Shown here: positions 1 to 14,134 of the stretch, piece after piece | Layout of the letters: each line of letters starts with the position of its first letter | Numbering within the stretch: the stretch's first letter is position 1 | From: Octopus vulgaris | Taxonomy: Eukaryota | Reading direction: 5' to 3' | NCBI GenBank assembly: GCA_951406725.2 | Contig: OX597819.1 | Span: 868,001 to 932,000 of the forward strand | Length of the DNA: 64,000 bases | The notes under the pieces: model-generated | Databases searched by the model: none | Seen by the model: the letters and a program-made list of their open reading frames with translations, nothing else | Told to the model about the DNA's origin: nothing | Position numbers and translations under genes: made by a program

Positions 1-489
1 GACCATTTAATTAAGCCTCTATAGTGACCTTTATATTTTTTAGGCTTGGTCAAGGCTTCATTAATTTTGTTGAATAATCTCTCACATATTGCCAAAACAT
101 TTATTTAATCAATATCTAACAAAAACCTTCCAAACCATTGTTTCTGGTTGAAGTAATTAGTAAATGACCAACATTGGTACCCATTTGAATTAGCAGCATT
201 GTTATTTCAAATTTAGTGTAGCACTTTAATTAATTAGCTTATCTCTAATATTAATTTGTTCTATTTTTACTACCAGGAACCAGCAACTAACGTTCATAAA
301 TCCTGAATAAATATGTCTGTCCTTTAATAGTTAATATTGGTCAGACGTTGTTTGTATTTAACAAAAACTAAGGCATAAAACAAAAATAAAGTTTGGCATC
401 GATCATATGTTGAAAGTTAGCAGAATTAATTGTTTTGTGAAAAGTTCTAAGTTATAACTGAAATAATATTGTTGCTATTGAGAATTCAC

Positions 490-705
490 TATCATCGTCT
501 TTTACCATCCAGCTGTCATGTTGGCATGGATTGGACAAAACAGTAGGATCTGACAAGTTGGGGGATTGCTTTGTGCTCCAGTGTCTACTTTGGCATGGTT
601 TCTCTGGCTGAACACTCTTCCTAACACCAACTACTTTACAGAATGTACTAGGTGTATTTTTCATAGCACCAGCATTAGTGAGGTCATCATGTAACTTACA
701 AGACA
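490..705 (-). mobile_element. Degenerate 3' end of RTE-clade LINE (or RTE-tail SINE)
   Basis: Shares the 'catgttggcatgg...ttcctaacaccaac' motifs and ATC tail with the reverse complement of the RTE 3' UTR at 39480-39930. Confidence 0.6.
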
Positions 706-3540
706 AAGAAAAGGGCCCTCGACTAGGTTGGAGTCATAGTAGAGAGGAAGGTGACTTTGTGCCAGGTGTTGAGAGGGTAAAGTATGATATAAGGATTGGC
801 ACAAGTATCTTACTATAGAGGAGTTACATGGCAATCTTGCATTATATGAGGGTGGGTAGGAGTAGTTAGAAAGAAGATAAAGAAGGTGTCAGAGTATACT
901 CTACAGGTATTAGAAGGAGACTATACAAGAGAATTCGAAAGGGTAAGTTCAAAAGTGTGTGAGACGAGGGTGACAGTTGGCTGGAGATGAGGACAGAGGA
1001 AAATGAAGTGAATAAAGAACAAGGGAGGAAGCATGGTCAATGGTAAAGTTGAGTTTGAAGGGGAAAGTGATAAAAAGTATTTGTAAATAAATGTAAGATG
1101 GGGAGATGATAAGTGGGAGTGGTGGATCAAGAGAAGTTGGGGGAGGAGAGAGAGTGAAAGATGTAGATTAACAGAGATGAAGGTCAGAGGTACTAAAGGA
1201 TTAATACAGTGAAAAGTTAAAATAATTCAATCACAATGTAAATGCTGTCCTCATTGGTAATGTAACAATTATAAATTCCTTTGAAAGTGTTTCAGCAAAC
1301 CAGATTCCAATGGTTCAAACCAAGTAAAGATTAAAGAACTAAATAGCTCATTTCTTAAACAAACTAAGAATCCTATATTTTATTTTATATGAAGATAACA
1401 AACTAGTCTAGATTTTTTTCTCTTTTATGGTAGTGATTTATTAATTTTCCCAGCTTTTTCTCAGTGAGGTCTTAAGTATAAATCATATCAAATATATTAT
1501 TAATGTTTACCTCAAGATATTTTCACTTAACAATTCCTAACATTATTATAAAAAATTTCAATCTGGCAATATTGCAACATCAATTATTTTCCCTACACCT
1601 TATACAACCAGTTGTAATGAGAAAATATATGCAACATATGTTGATTTAGCTTCATGTCAGTCTTGATTGAGCATATAACCAAATGAGTGCAAACTGTGAA
1701 ATTCCATCTTATAAGACAGTGAATTTAGGACTGTATTAGCCAATGTAGTCCTTCAATTTCCTTTTTAAAAGTATTAGAGTGCAATTTGGAGATTTAGTTG
1801 CTATTTCTAGCAAGTTGAGCACTTTGCAGTTACATGATTTGGGCTTCAATTCTATTGTGTGATATCTTTGGTGTCTTTTACTTGGATTGGCCAAGGTTTT
1901 GTCAGACTATATGGGAACCTGTTTGAAGACCACTCCTATTCTTGCAGGGTAGCTTTAATCCATTGTCTTTTTTAACTCCATCTCCTGGCCCTGGGGCACC
2001 TTTCACAGAGTTCACTCTGTTACAAACGTTCAGGCCAGGTCTCCAATCTGAGAGTAACTTCCTCCTACCCTACATCTAGTCTCAAAGAAACTCTAAAAGT
2101 GTCAAAATCTCCACTTTGCTCTTCCAACTAAGCTATAAAAATAAACTGCTGAGGTTTTCTGCTTTATGTGATGATACAGATATAATATAATGACACAAAT
2201 ATGTGATGACACAACTATAATGTCATCAGTTGTAATAAACATTGCTACCAACAAAATATATATTTCTGTTGGTACATATTCTTTTTTTTTTTATCTTTTA
2301 GTCAGGAGGCAAGGTAGAGCTCACGATCCATTGCAGAACCTCAAAGATTAATGAGAGAGATAAAAGTATCCTCAAATTGAAAAGCTGGCCCAAATGCTTG
2401 CAATAACGGGGACTACTTTAAAAGCACCTAGGGTGCCAGGTGATGATATTGTTAAACTGGCCAATGGGTTAAGTTTACCTCCTACATTAGTCATAACAGG
2501 ATTTGAACTAGAATGCAAAGAACTTGAACAAGTGTCACCAGTATCCAGCCAGATATTCTTGTAGTTCCATCAATCCACTGCCTTGGATTATCACCTTTTT
2601 ATTGACCTCTAAAGAATGAAAAGCAAAGTTGACTTAGCAGGATTTGGTCTTGGAGTACAGTGAATAAAAAAAAAGAAATACTACAAACACTTTAAATCTG
2701 ATATTCTAACAACTCTGTCAAATGTCTTCTGTTCTCTCTCTGTTATAAGCATTAAACTTTTCTATAGGTCATGTGTAAAATAATGTTTCAAAGAACTAGC
2801 ACTATTAGTTGGCATTCAAATGAAGTGTTTATATAACAAACCATAAATATCAACTGACTTATGATTAATTGTGAAACTGTTAATCTTTCCATCTCAAAAT
2901 ACAACTGAAATTCTATATTTCTATGAGAAATTTTCTTCCAATAAATTTTTGATAGTTTCAAAAATGAAGAACAATAAATTTGACTGACTTGAGGAACTCC
3001 TCAAATTTATTTATTCATTTATTTTTCCATTTATTTAATCATTTATTTATTTTTTGAAGAAAGAACTGAGTCCGTTGCCTTCATTGGTTTCTGAAAATGG
3101 TGAAATTAATGCAGTTATGAATTGATAGCTACAGAAAAAAACATGGACAGAAAAAGAATGCCAGAGGACTGGCATCTTGTAAAAGAAGAACTGGAAAAAA
3201 TTGGTTAATGTAGAGTTTGAAGGGCAAACAATGTGGGAGGCAAAAGGAAGAGAAATGAGTGTATTGGTTCAACTTGAGAGAAGCTTGATATCTGGGTGGA
3301 GAAAGTTAGGGAAAATTGAAGGTGGTATTATTAGCATAGGATTGGGCATTATTAGAGAGGGCAACAATTAAATCATTGATGTATAGAAATTTAACTATGT
3401 AGGTATAAAGTCTCCTTTGGTTTACTATGGAATCTTGCATACCATTATATAACATGTTGCATGTTCACTTGTAGAAATAATACAAGAAACAAACTTTAAG
3501 ATAACAGTGAGACTTTATTCCTCTGCTAAATAATATAGTG

Positions 3541-3849
3541 TGGAGGCACAATGGCCCAGTGGTTAGAGCAGTGGACTCATGGTCGGAGGATTGCGGTTTT
3601 GATTCCCAGACTGGGCATTGTGTGTGTTTATTGAGCGAAAACACCTAAAGTTCCATGAGGCTCCAGCAGGGGGTGGTGGCAACCCCTGTTGTACTCTTTT
3701 GCCCCAACTTTCTCTCATTCTTTCTTCCTGTTTCTTGAGTAATGCTGCGATGGACTGGCGTCCTGTCCAGCTGGGGGGGAACACATACGCCATAGAAACC
3801 GGGAAACCGGGCCCATGAGCCTGGCTAGGCTTGAAAAGGGCGCATAAAA
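3541..3849 (+). mobile_element. tRNA-derived SINE with 13-bp target-site duplication
   Basis: A-box-like TGGCCCAGTGG, B-box-like GGTTTTGATTCC, short A tail; AAATAATATAGTG duplicated at 3528-3540 and 3850-3862. Confidence 0.85.
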
Positions 3850-3989
3850 AAATAATATAGTGGACAAAATAAACACACCATGGATTCTGATGGTTGTATA
3901 GTTCATCCATCTTTTGGATAATTCAGCTGTGGTCATTGCTAGTTAAATGTGCTTCGTTATAACAACAGAAAAATGATATAACTTGCCTT

Positions 3990-5290
3990 CATTAAAATCT
4001 GTCACCCCTCTGTCATAGATGTTCTATTTACTCAATACATATGCAGAGGTAGGCTCCAGTGTAGATTTGGGTTAGTTGTTTTAGAATGTATTATGCGCAA
4101 TGTGACTGAATCCTTGATCCACTCTCACACAATACTTGACCAAAGTACAGGACTCAACCAATTTTGCAGACTCAAATGATAGGTCAGATGACCAGTCATT
4201 ACAAATTAACTTGTGGAGCCTATAAAAGGCTAGTCGACTCCAATAGGCCATAATAGAAATCGGTCTCTCTACAGAAGGAAGAATAGTGGGGAACCAAACA
4301 CTAAGGTAAAGTGCAAGTCAAACAGAACTCCATCGGTGTGTGTCATGATTGTGTGATCTAACATAAAAGAACCAATCCAAGAGATGACTGGAATCCATGA
4401 GCAGATAGTTTTGCTAGAAAGTTTGTGTGATAGAACGATGGATCAAAGTTGTTTGGAATGTCTGTATATGAGTAAGAGATGAAGTAGGTGAGATAAAGAG
4501 TTGAGAATTACAAAAATTTTGGTTCCTGCACCAGTGGTATCAGTATGAGATAAGGGTGAAAACTTAGAAGAGTCATGAGCACTGAAGTCACTAAGGATAA
4601 AAAAAGAATGAAATGAGATAGATGACCTCAATGAAAGAAGAGATAGGTCAAAAGTGTTGCTAGGAATTATGGGGATTTGGAGAGAGGTAGAAGAATTATA
4701 TGTATATGTATCTGGAGGTGTGGGTGAGTGAAATTCTAAGCCTCAGTGACTGGAAGTCTTTGTTGCTGATATCTAGATAAGAAAGTAAGTCATATTGACT
4801 AGTTAGAGACTGATAGTGGAATATAGCTTGGACACAACAATGAAATAACCCATTATAAGCAACCCGGGTGGATAGCAACTCTAAAAGAAAACATAACAAA
4901 TTTATGTAACATAGTAGGACAGTTAGATGTCCTTATAAAGTGTAAAGCTAGCAACCAGTCAATAAATATCGCAACAGCAGCTCTTTCCAAAGAAGAATCA
5001 TTTTGAAGAAAAATTTGGAGTGAGCCAAAGGAGTTTAAACAAATAGAAAAAGGTGGCTTCTGGAACAAATATTGTCTCAGTTCAAGCCAAAAACATACAG
5101 CATTAATAGCAAGACCCTTGAGATTGTGATCCCCAAAATTCGGAATAGGAAAGCGCCAAGAAGGGACTTGTTTGTTAGAAACTCATACAGTATCTCAATG
5201 AAAATACAAGCTCTCATTGGAGATACAAGCATATCAAGCTGGTTAGCACTGGCAGAAACAAAACTTATACCAAAAAGATAATGCCACTCA
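3990..5290 (-). mobile_element. Highly degenerate LINE ORF2 remnant (clade uncertain)
   Basis: Coding-like composition with many stops; weak resemblance to an NYRPI-like RT N-terminal motif near 4240-4260 on the minus strand. Confidence 0.3.
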
Positions 5291-5329
5291 TCTGAGAGAA
5301 AACTACAAATGAATTGCTTACCAGAATTT

Positions 5330-6060
5330 CATATATACAGGTGTCTGAATGCCTTTCTCCAGGATCTCTGTGACAGTAATAATACCATCACAGCTGAACA
5401 AGCAGCTGGGAAGAAAGGAGTTTGGAGGTGGGCTGAACAACCCTTGATCAACAACCCTTGATCAACAAAACTGTGATATCAGAGATGCAGCAGCATAGAA
5501 GGAATTTGATTAGTGTTGGTCACAATTTGGCTGGATTACAACAAAGCATTTGACTTTGTTTCCAATTTTCTGTCATCCCTGTTCCTCACAATTAGTGCTA
5601 CAAATACCAAAATATAGATGAAAATGTATCTTACAAAGGTGCTATGATCAAAGGTAGTGACCAAAGAATATACGAGACTTGAAAACTATGATAATCAGTA
5701 TATTCTTTTTATAACAAAATAAAGTCCTGATATCAACAGCTGGAATATTTCATTGGATTCTAGAGGGAATCTGCTCCATAGATATTAAAACTTATAAGAT
5801 TTTGATATCAACTGGAAGCTTCAGCAGAAATAGTGGTTTTGACAAACTCTGTCTCAGAAGTTGGGAGGTAGACAAGCAGTCCAAATCAAATAGTATCACT
5901 CCAACAGTATCTGCTAAACATTACTCTCCGTCATTGTTGTTATCTAAATTCCAGAGACAGAGCTGTGTTGAATTGTAAGAAAACAGGTCTTTCTTCAGAG
6001 GAAGAATTCAAATAATTAAAAAAGTAAGATAGCATATGTGTATTGTTATCATCAGGGAAG
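5330..6060 (+). mobile_element. Degenerate R4/Dong-like non-LTR RT fragment
   Basis: 'tggctggattacaacaaagcatttgactttgtt' = WLDYNKAFDFV (RT motif); LGGR-like motif near 5860. Confidence 0.4.
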
Positions 6061-6564
6061 TAAAATCACAACATATACTACCAAATGTAATTATATTATA
6101 ATTGACAAATTTTTCATTAAACACCCGATGTTCAGCTGTCTAAACATGTTTATCTTAATCTTTTTTTCTAGATAAATAAATAAAACTGGCAAAAGTTTTT
6201 CATGACTCATCTTCTTACCAACATAAGCAATATTGCTTAAAATGCAATTTCTTTCAGCGTTCTTTAGCAGCAAATATATCTGATAAACAGGAAATTTGGA
6301 GCCTGTTAAATAACAAAGTAGCAGATAAATAATTAGAATGTTGCCTATTTAAAGCAATTTACTTTATAGATTAAATAATTAGTTCATCAAAGCAAGTGTC
6401 TCTGCAGAGTGTTTCATGTATTTGCATTAGAAAGGAAGATCTAAATATTTAAATTTAATTATTCATATGTGTGTGTGTGGATATATATAAAGGGGTCTCT
6501 CTTAGATGAAATATTACAGCTACAAGCAGTTAATAATGCACATGCATGAAGTATGTGATATTGG

Positions 6565-6567
<3 letters not shown>

Positions 6568-6624
<57 letters not shown>

Positions 6625-7075
6625 TCATCATCATCATCATTTAACATCCACCTTCCATGCTGGCATGGGTGGGAGGGTTTGACAGGAGCTGGCCAGGCAG
6701 ATCCCTGCACCAGACTTCTGTGACTGTTTTGGCAGGATTTTTACAGCTGGATGCCCTTCCTAACACCAACCACCCAGCAGAGTGAACTGAGTGCTTTTTA
6801 TGTGGCACAAGCACCGGTGAGGTCAATTTTGGCAAGGTTTTTACAGCTAGATGCCCTTGCAAAAGCCAACCCCTTTCAGTGTGAACTGGCTGCTTTTTAA
6901 GTGGCCCCTGCAGTGACAGGGTCACCAAGTAACTTGCAAGACAAGGAATTTTGGGAGGGGAGGGGGCATTGGAGGAGGTGATCTTGTGTCAGATGATGAA
7001 AGGTTATACTGAGATAGAGAGATAGAAACGGGTGTCTTGCTGTAGAAGAGGTACAAGTTTACTCGGTGGTGGGGT
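6568..7075 (-). mobile_element. (TA)n tract followed by RTE-3'-end-derived repeat with (CAT)n tail
   Basis: (TA)n 6568-6620, (CAT)n to 6640, then 'ttccatgctggcatgggt...gctggatgcccttcctaacaccaaccac'. Confidence 0.75.
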
Positions 7076-7082
7076 GGGGGAG

Positions 7083-8357
7083 CTAGAGACTCCTAACTTC
7101 CTTAGAGACCGCCATGTAACAGAGCAGGGAACTGTCGAAAGCTTTCTCCAGGTCGATGAAGGCTAAGTACAATGGCTTACTTTTGGCCAAGTGCTTTTCC
7201 TGCAGCTGTCTCACTAGGAAGATGGTATCTGTGGTACTCTTCCCAGGTACAAAACCAAACTGAATCTCATCTTGTTTCGTTCCATTTCTAATCCATTCAG
7301 CTATAACTCTCTCAGTAACTTTCATGACTTGGTCTAGCAATTTAACTGCTCTCTAGTTGTTTCTGTCTAAGGCATCACCTTTACCCTTATGGCAGCTAAC
7401 TCTAATACTACTACACCAATCATTGGGGATGGTGCTTTCCTGAATAACCTGATTAACTAAATGGGTGACTAAGCTGTATCCTACACCACTGGAAATTTTA
7501 ATCACTTCAGCAGTGATTCCTGATGGCCCAGGGGCTTTCCCTCTCTTCATGTCCTTAATTGCCTTATCTATTATTCTCTTATCAACTCTGATGGCTGGTC
7601 CCTTAACTGGTTCGCTATTTGGTAGACTCTCCTTCTCCCATTCATTTTCCACGTTTAGTAACCTTTCATAGTGACACTTCCATGCGTCTTTCATCTGTGA
7701 GTCACTAAGTGCAAGCATACCATCATCCATTCGCACACATTTCTCAACTACCACATCTCTACTTTCTCTGATATACTGCTTTGCAATCCTGAACACCTCA
7801 CACCTCTGATCCTCACACTGTAGAACATTTGCAAATCTCTTACCTGCAGCTACTCCTTGTGCTATGTATACCTGATGCCTACCTGCCCTTTGAGTTACCT
7901 GATATAATTCTCTGCTTCCACTGTGTTCCCAGTCTTTCCAGGCCTGTCTCCTTGCTTTTATAGCACTATCTACCTCCTTGTTCCAAAAGCATGTCACCCT
8001 TGGTTTAGCTGGGACTCTGCACCAACCACAGATTTTGTCTGTAGCCCTCAGTAGATTGCCCCACAGGGACTTCCAATTGTCCTCTCTTTCATCAGAAGCT
8101 TCCATTAGGAGATCTCTAAATTTTTGTCTGTTTGCTGGGTCTTTGAACTTCCATAGTCTTCTTTTCCAGATTGCTTTATTTCTCCGAGTCTTTCTAGCTC
8201 TAATTCTGAAGTCACTAACTAGTAACCTATGTTGGGTTGTACACTCTTCACCTGGGAAAGACTCTGTGTTTTTAAGCATCCAACTATCTGGTTGCCTAGT
8301 GAGGAGGTAGTCAATCTGGCTTATGTGCCAACCAGGCTGATAAGTGATTAGGTGGCT
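7083..8357 (-). mobile_element. RTE-clade LINE fragment (end of AP endonuclease, linker, RT N-terminus), frameshifted
   Basis: ORFs 7353-8279 (QHRLLVSD, GKAPGPSGITAE) and 7083-7340 (QFGFVPGKSTTD, AFIDLEKAFD); same family as 37712-39930; 5' end abuts (TA)n. Confidence 0.92.
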
Positions 8358-8371
8358 ATATATATATATAT

Positions 8372-8490
8372 ATCAAAATAGTGTTAGAGATAGAAACACC
8401 CACAAATTCATCAACTCCAAATGATATTAACTCAACCAAGCCTTAAAATATTAAATATGTGGGTGTTTCTATCTCTAACACTATTTTGAT
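8372..8490. repeat. Small inverted-repeat element (~33-bp perfect arms) within a TA tract
   Basis: ATCAAAATAGTGTTAGAGATAGAAACACCCACA ... TGTGGGTGTTTCTATCTCTAACACTATTTTGAT. Confidence 0.85.
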
Positions 8491-8582
8491 ATATATGAAT
8501 TGATTATTGAGAGAAATTCAATTTAATATTTTTAATTTGAATGTCTCATTCCTGTGGTGCTGGGATTGATCTTCCCCGTGCG

Positions 8583-9146
8583 CGAGAAGACCCGGCAGGA
8601 CAAGTGAGTCCATAACCCGTGGCCTTCTACATGGGATGGAGCCAGCCTATGTATGCATACCTTCCCTTCTTGGGACACAAAACTCTTCTTGTGAAGACCT
8701 GTTGAGGCAAGTGAGGATCAGAATCGAAATCGATCAATGGAAATTGCAGATGTGTTACCAGTGCCGGTGGCATGTAAGAGAACCTTCCGTTTCGCGACCG
8801 TTGCCAGCGCTGCCCTGACTGGCCTCGTGCCGGTGGCACGTAAAAAGCACCATCCGTTCGTGTCCGTTGCCAGCCTCGCCTGGCTCTCGTGCCGGTGGCA
8901 CATAAAAAGCACCATCCGTTCGTGGCCGTTTGCCAGCTCTGTCTGGCACCTGTGCGGGTGGCACGTAAAAAGCACCCACTACACTCACGGAGTGGTTGAC
9001 GTTAGGAAGGGCATCCAGCCGTAGAAACACTGCCAGATTTGACTGGGCCTGATGAAGCCTTCTGGCTTCACAGACCCCAGTAGAACCGTCCAACCCATGC
9101 TAGCATGGAGAACGGACGCTAAACGATGATGATGATGATGATGATG
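8583..9146 (+). mobile_element. RTE LINE 3' end (ORF C-terminus, 3' UTR with ~60-bp internal repeats, (GAT)n tail)
   Basis: 'gagaagacccggcaggacaagtga' matches the REKTRQDK* end of the RTE at 45045; repeated 'gtgccggtggcacgtaaaaagcacc'; CpG-rich, so probably young. Confidence 0.85.
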
Positions 9147-9184
<38 letters not shown>

Positions 9185-9248
9185 TATATACACATACATG
9201 CAGATATATATATATATAGAGAGAGAGATAAATAGATATATATACATA

Positions 9249-9605
9249 CATCATCATCATTATCATCGTTTAACAACTGCCTTCTATGCTGGCATGGGTG
9301 GGATGGTTTAACAAGAGCTGGCCAGGCAGAAGCCTGATTTTTACAACTGGATGCCCTTCCTAACACCAACCACTCAGCAGAGTGGACTTAATGGTTTTTA
9401 CTTGGCACAAGCACAGCAAGGTCAGTTTTGGCAATGCCCTTCCAAATACCAACTACTCCACATTGTGAACTGGATTCTTTTAAGTGACGCCTGCACTGAC
9501 AGGGTCCCAAGTACTTGCAAGACAAAAACAAAACAAAAAAAAACAGCTCTTTTGAGAGGGGAGGGGCATTGGAGGAGGTGATCTTATGTCGGATGATGAA
9601 AGGTT
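9249..9605 (-). mobile_element. RTE-3'-end-derived repeat, tail-to-tail with the previous copy across a TA tract
   Basis: (CAT)n tail and near-identity to 6621-7005. Confidence 0.75.
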
Positions 9606-9619
9606 ATATATATAATATT

Positions 9620-9831
9620 CTCTTATACTTTTACATGTTTCAGTCATTTGACTGTGACCATGCTGGAGCACTGCCTTAAAGGGATTTAATTGAAGAAATC
9701 AACCCCAGGACTCATTCTTTATATGCCTAGAACTTATTCTATCGGTCTCTTTTGCTGAACTGCTAATTTATGGGGATATGAACACACTAACATCAGTTGT
9801 CAAGTGATGGTGGAGGGGACAAACATAGACA

Positions 9832-9865
<34 letters not shown>

Positions 9866-9990
9866 ACAAATCCACTCACTTGGTTGGCCTGAGGCTATAG
9901 TAAAAGATACTTGCCCAAGGTGCCATGCAGCGAGACTGAACCTGGAACCATGTGGTTGGGAATCAAGCTTCTTACCACATAGCCACGCCT
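9620..9990 (-). mobile_element. tRNA-derived SINE (family A, with internal microsatellite)
   Basis: Homologous to 30545-30925 and 51474-51888. Confidence 0.8.
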
Positions 9991-10461
9991 GTATATATGT
10001 ATATATATATATATTTGTATGTATAGAAAATATATGAAGATGGAAGATGTATTATCAACAATCATTGATAATACATCTTCATTCTTTATATCTTTTCTAA
10101 TATACTCTGTGATTAATACACCAAAAGTAATTGGTGACCAGCCTCTGAGTTACACTTTAAGCCTACCTCAAGAAATAAGTAACAGTCTATACGGATTACT
10201 GTAATATTGGCTGGACAACTTTTTTAGCCAGGTTCTATTTACATAGAATGCTTAAAGAGGTATTTGCTTGGGTTTATTTAATCCCTATTTTCTTTTGTTT
10301 TGTTTTGTTTGTGTGTTTCATGTCTTCTGGAAGACATGCGCAGCAGTGGTGAAAGCTGACCTTAGTAAGCTGAATCTCACAAGGGAACACAACAAGCAAT
10401 GTACTGAAGAGTACATTGCTTCAACCTATGTCAGCATGAAAAAGTGGACACTATCATCATA

Positions 10462-10463
<2 letters not shown>

Positions 10464-10534
<71 letters not shown>
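10464..10534. repeat. (CA)n microsatellite
   Basis: Direct reading. Confidence 0.95.
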
Positions 10535-10536
<2 letters not shown>

Positions 10537-10899
10537 TATCAAGCTATATTATGCTAAAGCTCAAAGTTTGTTTGTTTTCCTGCCATTTGATTAAAATGAT
10601 AAATATTACAAATAAAATAGTAATTTCCCCCTTTAAGAAAAATAAAATCAAGTCAAAATGTTGACCCTTCAAAGAGTCGTTGCAGCTATCACCATCGCCC
10701 TTTTTTTTTTTACTTTCTTTTTTCTTCCTTTATACAGCGTTTGAAGTACCTTGGATTGAAAGATAGAAATTCTCCCAATATTTTTATGAGATATTTTTTG
10801 AATCACAGGTATTTGATTTTATTTTTTTAAAGAGGAAAATTACTATTTTATTTAAAATAAAATATTAATATTTATCATCTTAATCAAAAGGCAGAAAAA

Positions 10900-11560
10900 C
10901 AGACAAATGATGGAGATGAGTTGCAATGGGAAGAGTTGAATCTCATAAGAATGGGAAAACAAGCAACAACAAATGGGTTGTACCTTAAAATGAAACTCTT
11001 TTAAGAGCATTCAAATGCCATTGCAACGTTGAAATTGTTGCCTTGGTGAGGTGAATTAAGTACATCATCAAGTACAGGCTGAAAGGAAATGACTAAGATG
11101 CTGTTCAAATAAACAATGATAACAACATTAGTCAATACCTATTGAATTGGTATACTGGACCATCCGAAGCAGTTGCATCCATTTTAGGATTTACAATTCA
11201 TGAAAGAGCACCTGCAATAGTGAGACTGCAAGGTCATCTACCAGATGAACAAAGAATACTGCTCAGAAATAATGAAGATGTATATGGCTGTCAATGAATG
11301 ACATATGAGAACAATATTGACAGAATTCTTTTCATTGTGCATCAATGATGACTTTGCAAAAACATTACTTTACGCTGTAGTACCCATGTATTTCATTTGG
11401 AACAGTAGCCACACAGAATGGCAAAGAAGAAAGTGAGGAAAAATATTTTAAATGCTATTTGAATGTTTTCAAAGAAGAAACGCTTGGTTGTGTTTATGTT
11501 GTCACACCAAAGGCAGGAGAACTGTGGTTTGTTTAAGAATTTTATTGCATGAAGTTTGAA
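10900..11560 (+). mobile_element. Helitron Rep/helicase fragment, degenerate
   Basis: Manual translation gives WVVP*NETLLRAFKCHCNVE, IKYIIKY, GPSEAVASILGFTIHERAPAIVRLQGHLPDEQRI and LTEFFSLCINDDFAKTLLYAVVPMYFIW, which are typical Helitron RepHel motifs; stops and frameshifts present. Confidence 0.85.
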
Positions 11561-11758
11561 ACAGTATTTTTTCCTTTCCTGCTGTTCATTGACATTTTCA
11601 ACTTGGAGTGGTTATGACTCAACGGGTCACAGTGAGTACATCTAGTTTCCTATAATTCCTTACAGGTTTAACATATTGACCTGTCTATTTAAAAAACAAT
11701 TCTGATGCTCAACTTCAGTAAATATTTCCACTCATCTAATGTCTGATATTATATCGGC

Positions 11759-11835
11759 TGGTGGTGGTTTTGGTGGTGGTGGTGGTGGTGGTGGTGGTAG
11801 TAGTAGTAGTAGTATTAGTAGTTGTAGTTGTAGTT

Positions 11836-11873
<38 letters not shown>

Positions 11874-11885
11874 TAGTAGTTAGTT
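11759..11885. repeat. Compound (GGT)n/(AGT)n trinucleotide repeat
   Basis: Direct reading. Confidence 0.9.
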
Positions 11886-13205
11886 GCTTTTATTTGTTTC
11901 AGGTTTGAATATGTAAAATTTGTAGCTGTGTAACCAAATGCATTCTGTCAGATTGACTTTTCTAATTACCATTCTTTATCATTCTTCAAATGGACCTGAT
12001 AGATCTATGCTACAAGTATAGTTGATTGAATAGGCTGTGTTCTTACTGTGACCAATTCACTATTGGTGAACTGCTCTCTAGGTTCAAGTTAAAAATTGTC
12101 TTTACATTTTAAAATAATATGTGGCTTATGAAGACAGATACTGCTGCTATAGCATTGATTTTGTGTAGAGATATGTTGCTATGGCAATAATGCTGTGTAG
12201 AGATAAAATGTAAAATATAACTTGAAATAAAACAGTTGTAAGAAAGAAAATAATATGTCCCTCAAGACTAGTCAAAATATAATTGGTATGATAAGCACAC
12301 TGAAGATAGTTTTTATACAATATTAATTTTAACATACATTACCGATTGAGATAGAGTGTATATAGGAAGGTCTGTTGTAACATACATTATTATAGACACT
12401 GTTTCATTTTGTTTACAAATATATTTTTTGATCTATAAATCTTGCTGAACCTTGCTCTTGTCAACTCTTTATCTGATGCTCACTAAACAATAAACAATGC
12501 TTCTTCATACTTAAGAGACATTCTTGTCTAAAAATCTACTATTTTAATTCTACTTCTTTAACCTTAGGGAATAAATCTCCTTTTCCACATTTTCAATTGG
12601 CAACTTTTTTCTTTCCATCTTAAATCATATGAATTTTGAAGGAGTTTTTTTTTTATAGATTATTCATATTCAATCAGATTTCGTTTTGAATGAGCTGAAA
12701 ATTTTCAATGAATTTTTGTAATGCAATTCTTTACTTTACTCTCCATCAAATTTACTTCTTTTGTGTTTGGAATCTTCCTTCAATTTTTCCATAACCCTTC
12801 GACTTCCATTGCTTCTCATATTTCTCAATTTCCAATGAATTCTATAATGTCAGACTTCATTTTTCTTAGTTATTTCTTATTGGCAATTGTCCAAGTTCTA
12901 AGTCCAGCTTTTATGCTACATTAAACACATTCTTTAGTAATGAAAGCAGCTCTAATTTCAAATTCATTATAACCAAAACATTTCTTAAATACTTCTGTCT
13001 TGTATTACCTTTTATTATAACCCCACCACTCTTGTTAAATTGCAATAGTGTCATTCATGTTCAGTTATACTATATGTATATATACTATATATTTTATATG
13101 TGTATATGTGTGTACACATACATATATATAGGTATTTTTTTTATCTCTAGTTTCAGCTCAGAGCTGTGGCCATGCTGATGCACTGCCATATATACACACA
13201 TGCAC

Positions 13206-13283
<78 letters not shown>

Positions 13284-14134
13284 TATAAGAAACAAGTTAA
13301 AATAATTGTCATTACATATAATTCTTTTATTAGGCCAAATTTGGCTTACAGCTGTTTCCAGTAGTCATTATAGGTACATTCCTGATAGGTTTACTCAATC
13401 GGTCTATTGATCACTTGAGGTAAATTGAACTTAAGAAAATTGATGCTACTTTTGTTTGAGCCATCACTGGAAATAACAAACAGAGCACTTGAAGAATGGC
13501 TATTGTATGGGGAAGGTGGGGGAAGATTGGGATGTTTAAGTAGAATAGGTGAAGGCAAGTTACAAGGGGGTGGGAGCAATAGCAGGAGTGGCACTTAGTA
13601 GAAGTAGCAGTATTAATGTAAGCAGTAGTGATAATTGCTGTAGTAGTAGGAATATTGCATTGCCAAATGTGGAAGAGGAGCATTCACAACATAGGTCAGC
13701 ACTTATTACCATATTAGCATTGTATATAGGTCAGGTATTCTCCAACCAGTGTGTTGAAATTTGATGTGCACTTTTAATGGACATGGGTGAGTCTCAGACA
13801 GTAATTTTCACTTTTTAATCTAGCATAATGGTGGAATAGTGTTAGAGAATTAGAGTAAACTTGCCAAAACAATTATGATGAAGATGACAGCATCAGCATC
13901 AGCAACATCAATACCAATAATATTAGTAAGATCACACCTTCCAAAATAAGAACAGAAATAACAATACCAATGACCATGGGATAATGATAAAACAATGATA
14001 AATGGGAAATAGTCCTAATACTGGCTGGAAGTAGAAAATTCAAGTTAAAATAAAATATTAAAATCTTAAAGGAATAGAATAGGACAAATAAAATAAAATA
14101 ATTTTTTTTTAAAGTTTTAAAGAATTTTAAACCC

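Noticed and set aside
3541-3615. tRNA genes at SINE heads (also ~51815-51888 and 57414-57485)
   Set aside because: A/B boxes are present, but they run into SINE bodies with tails or TSDs and no complete cloverleaf is evident
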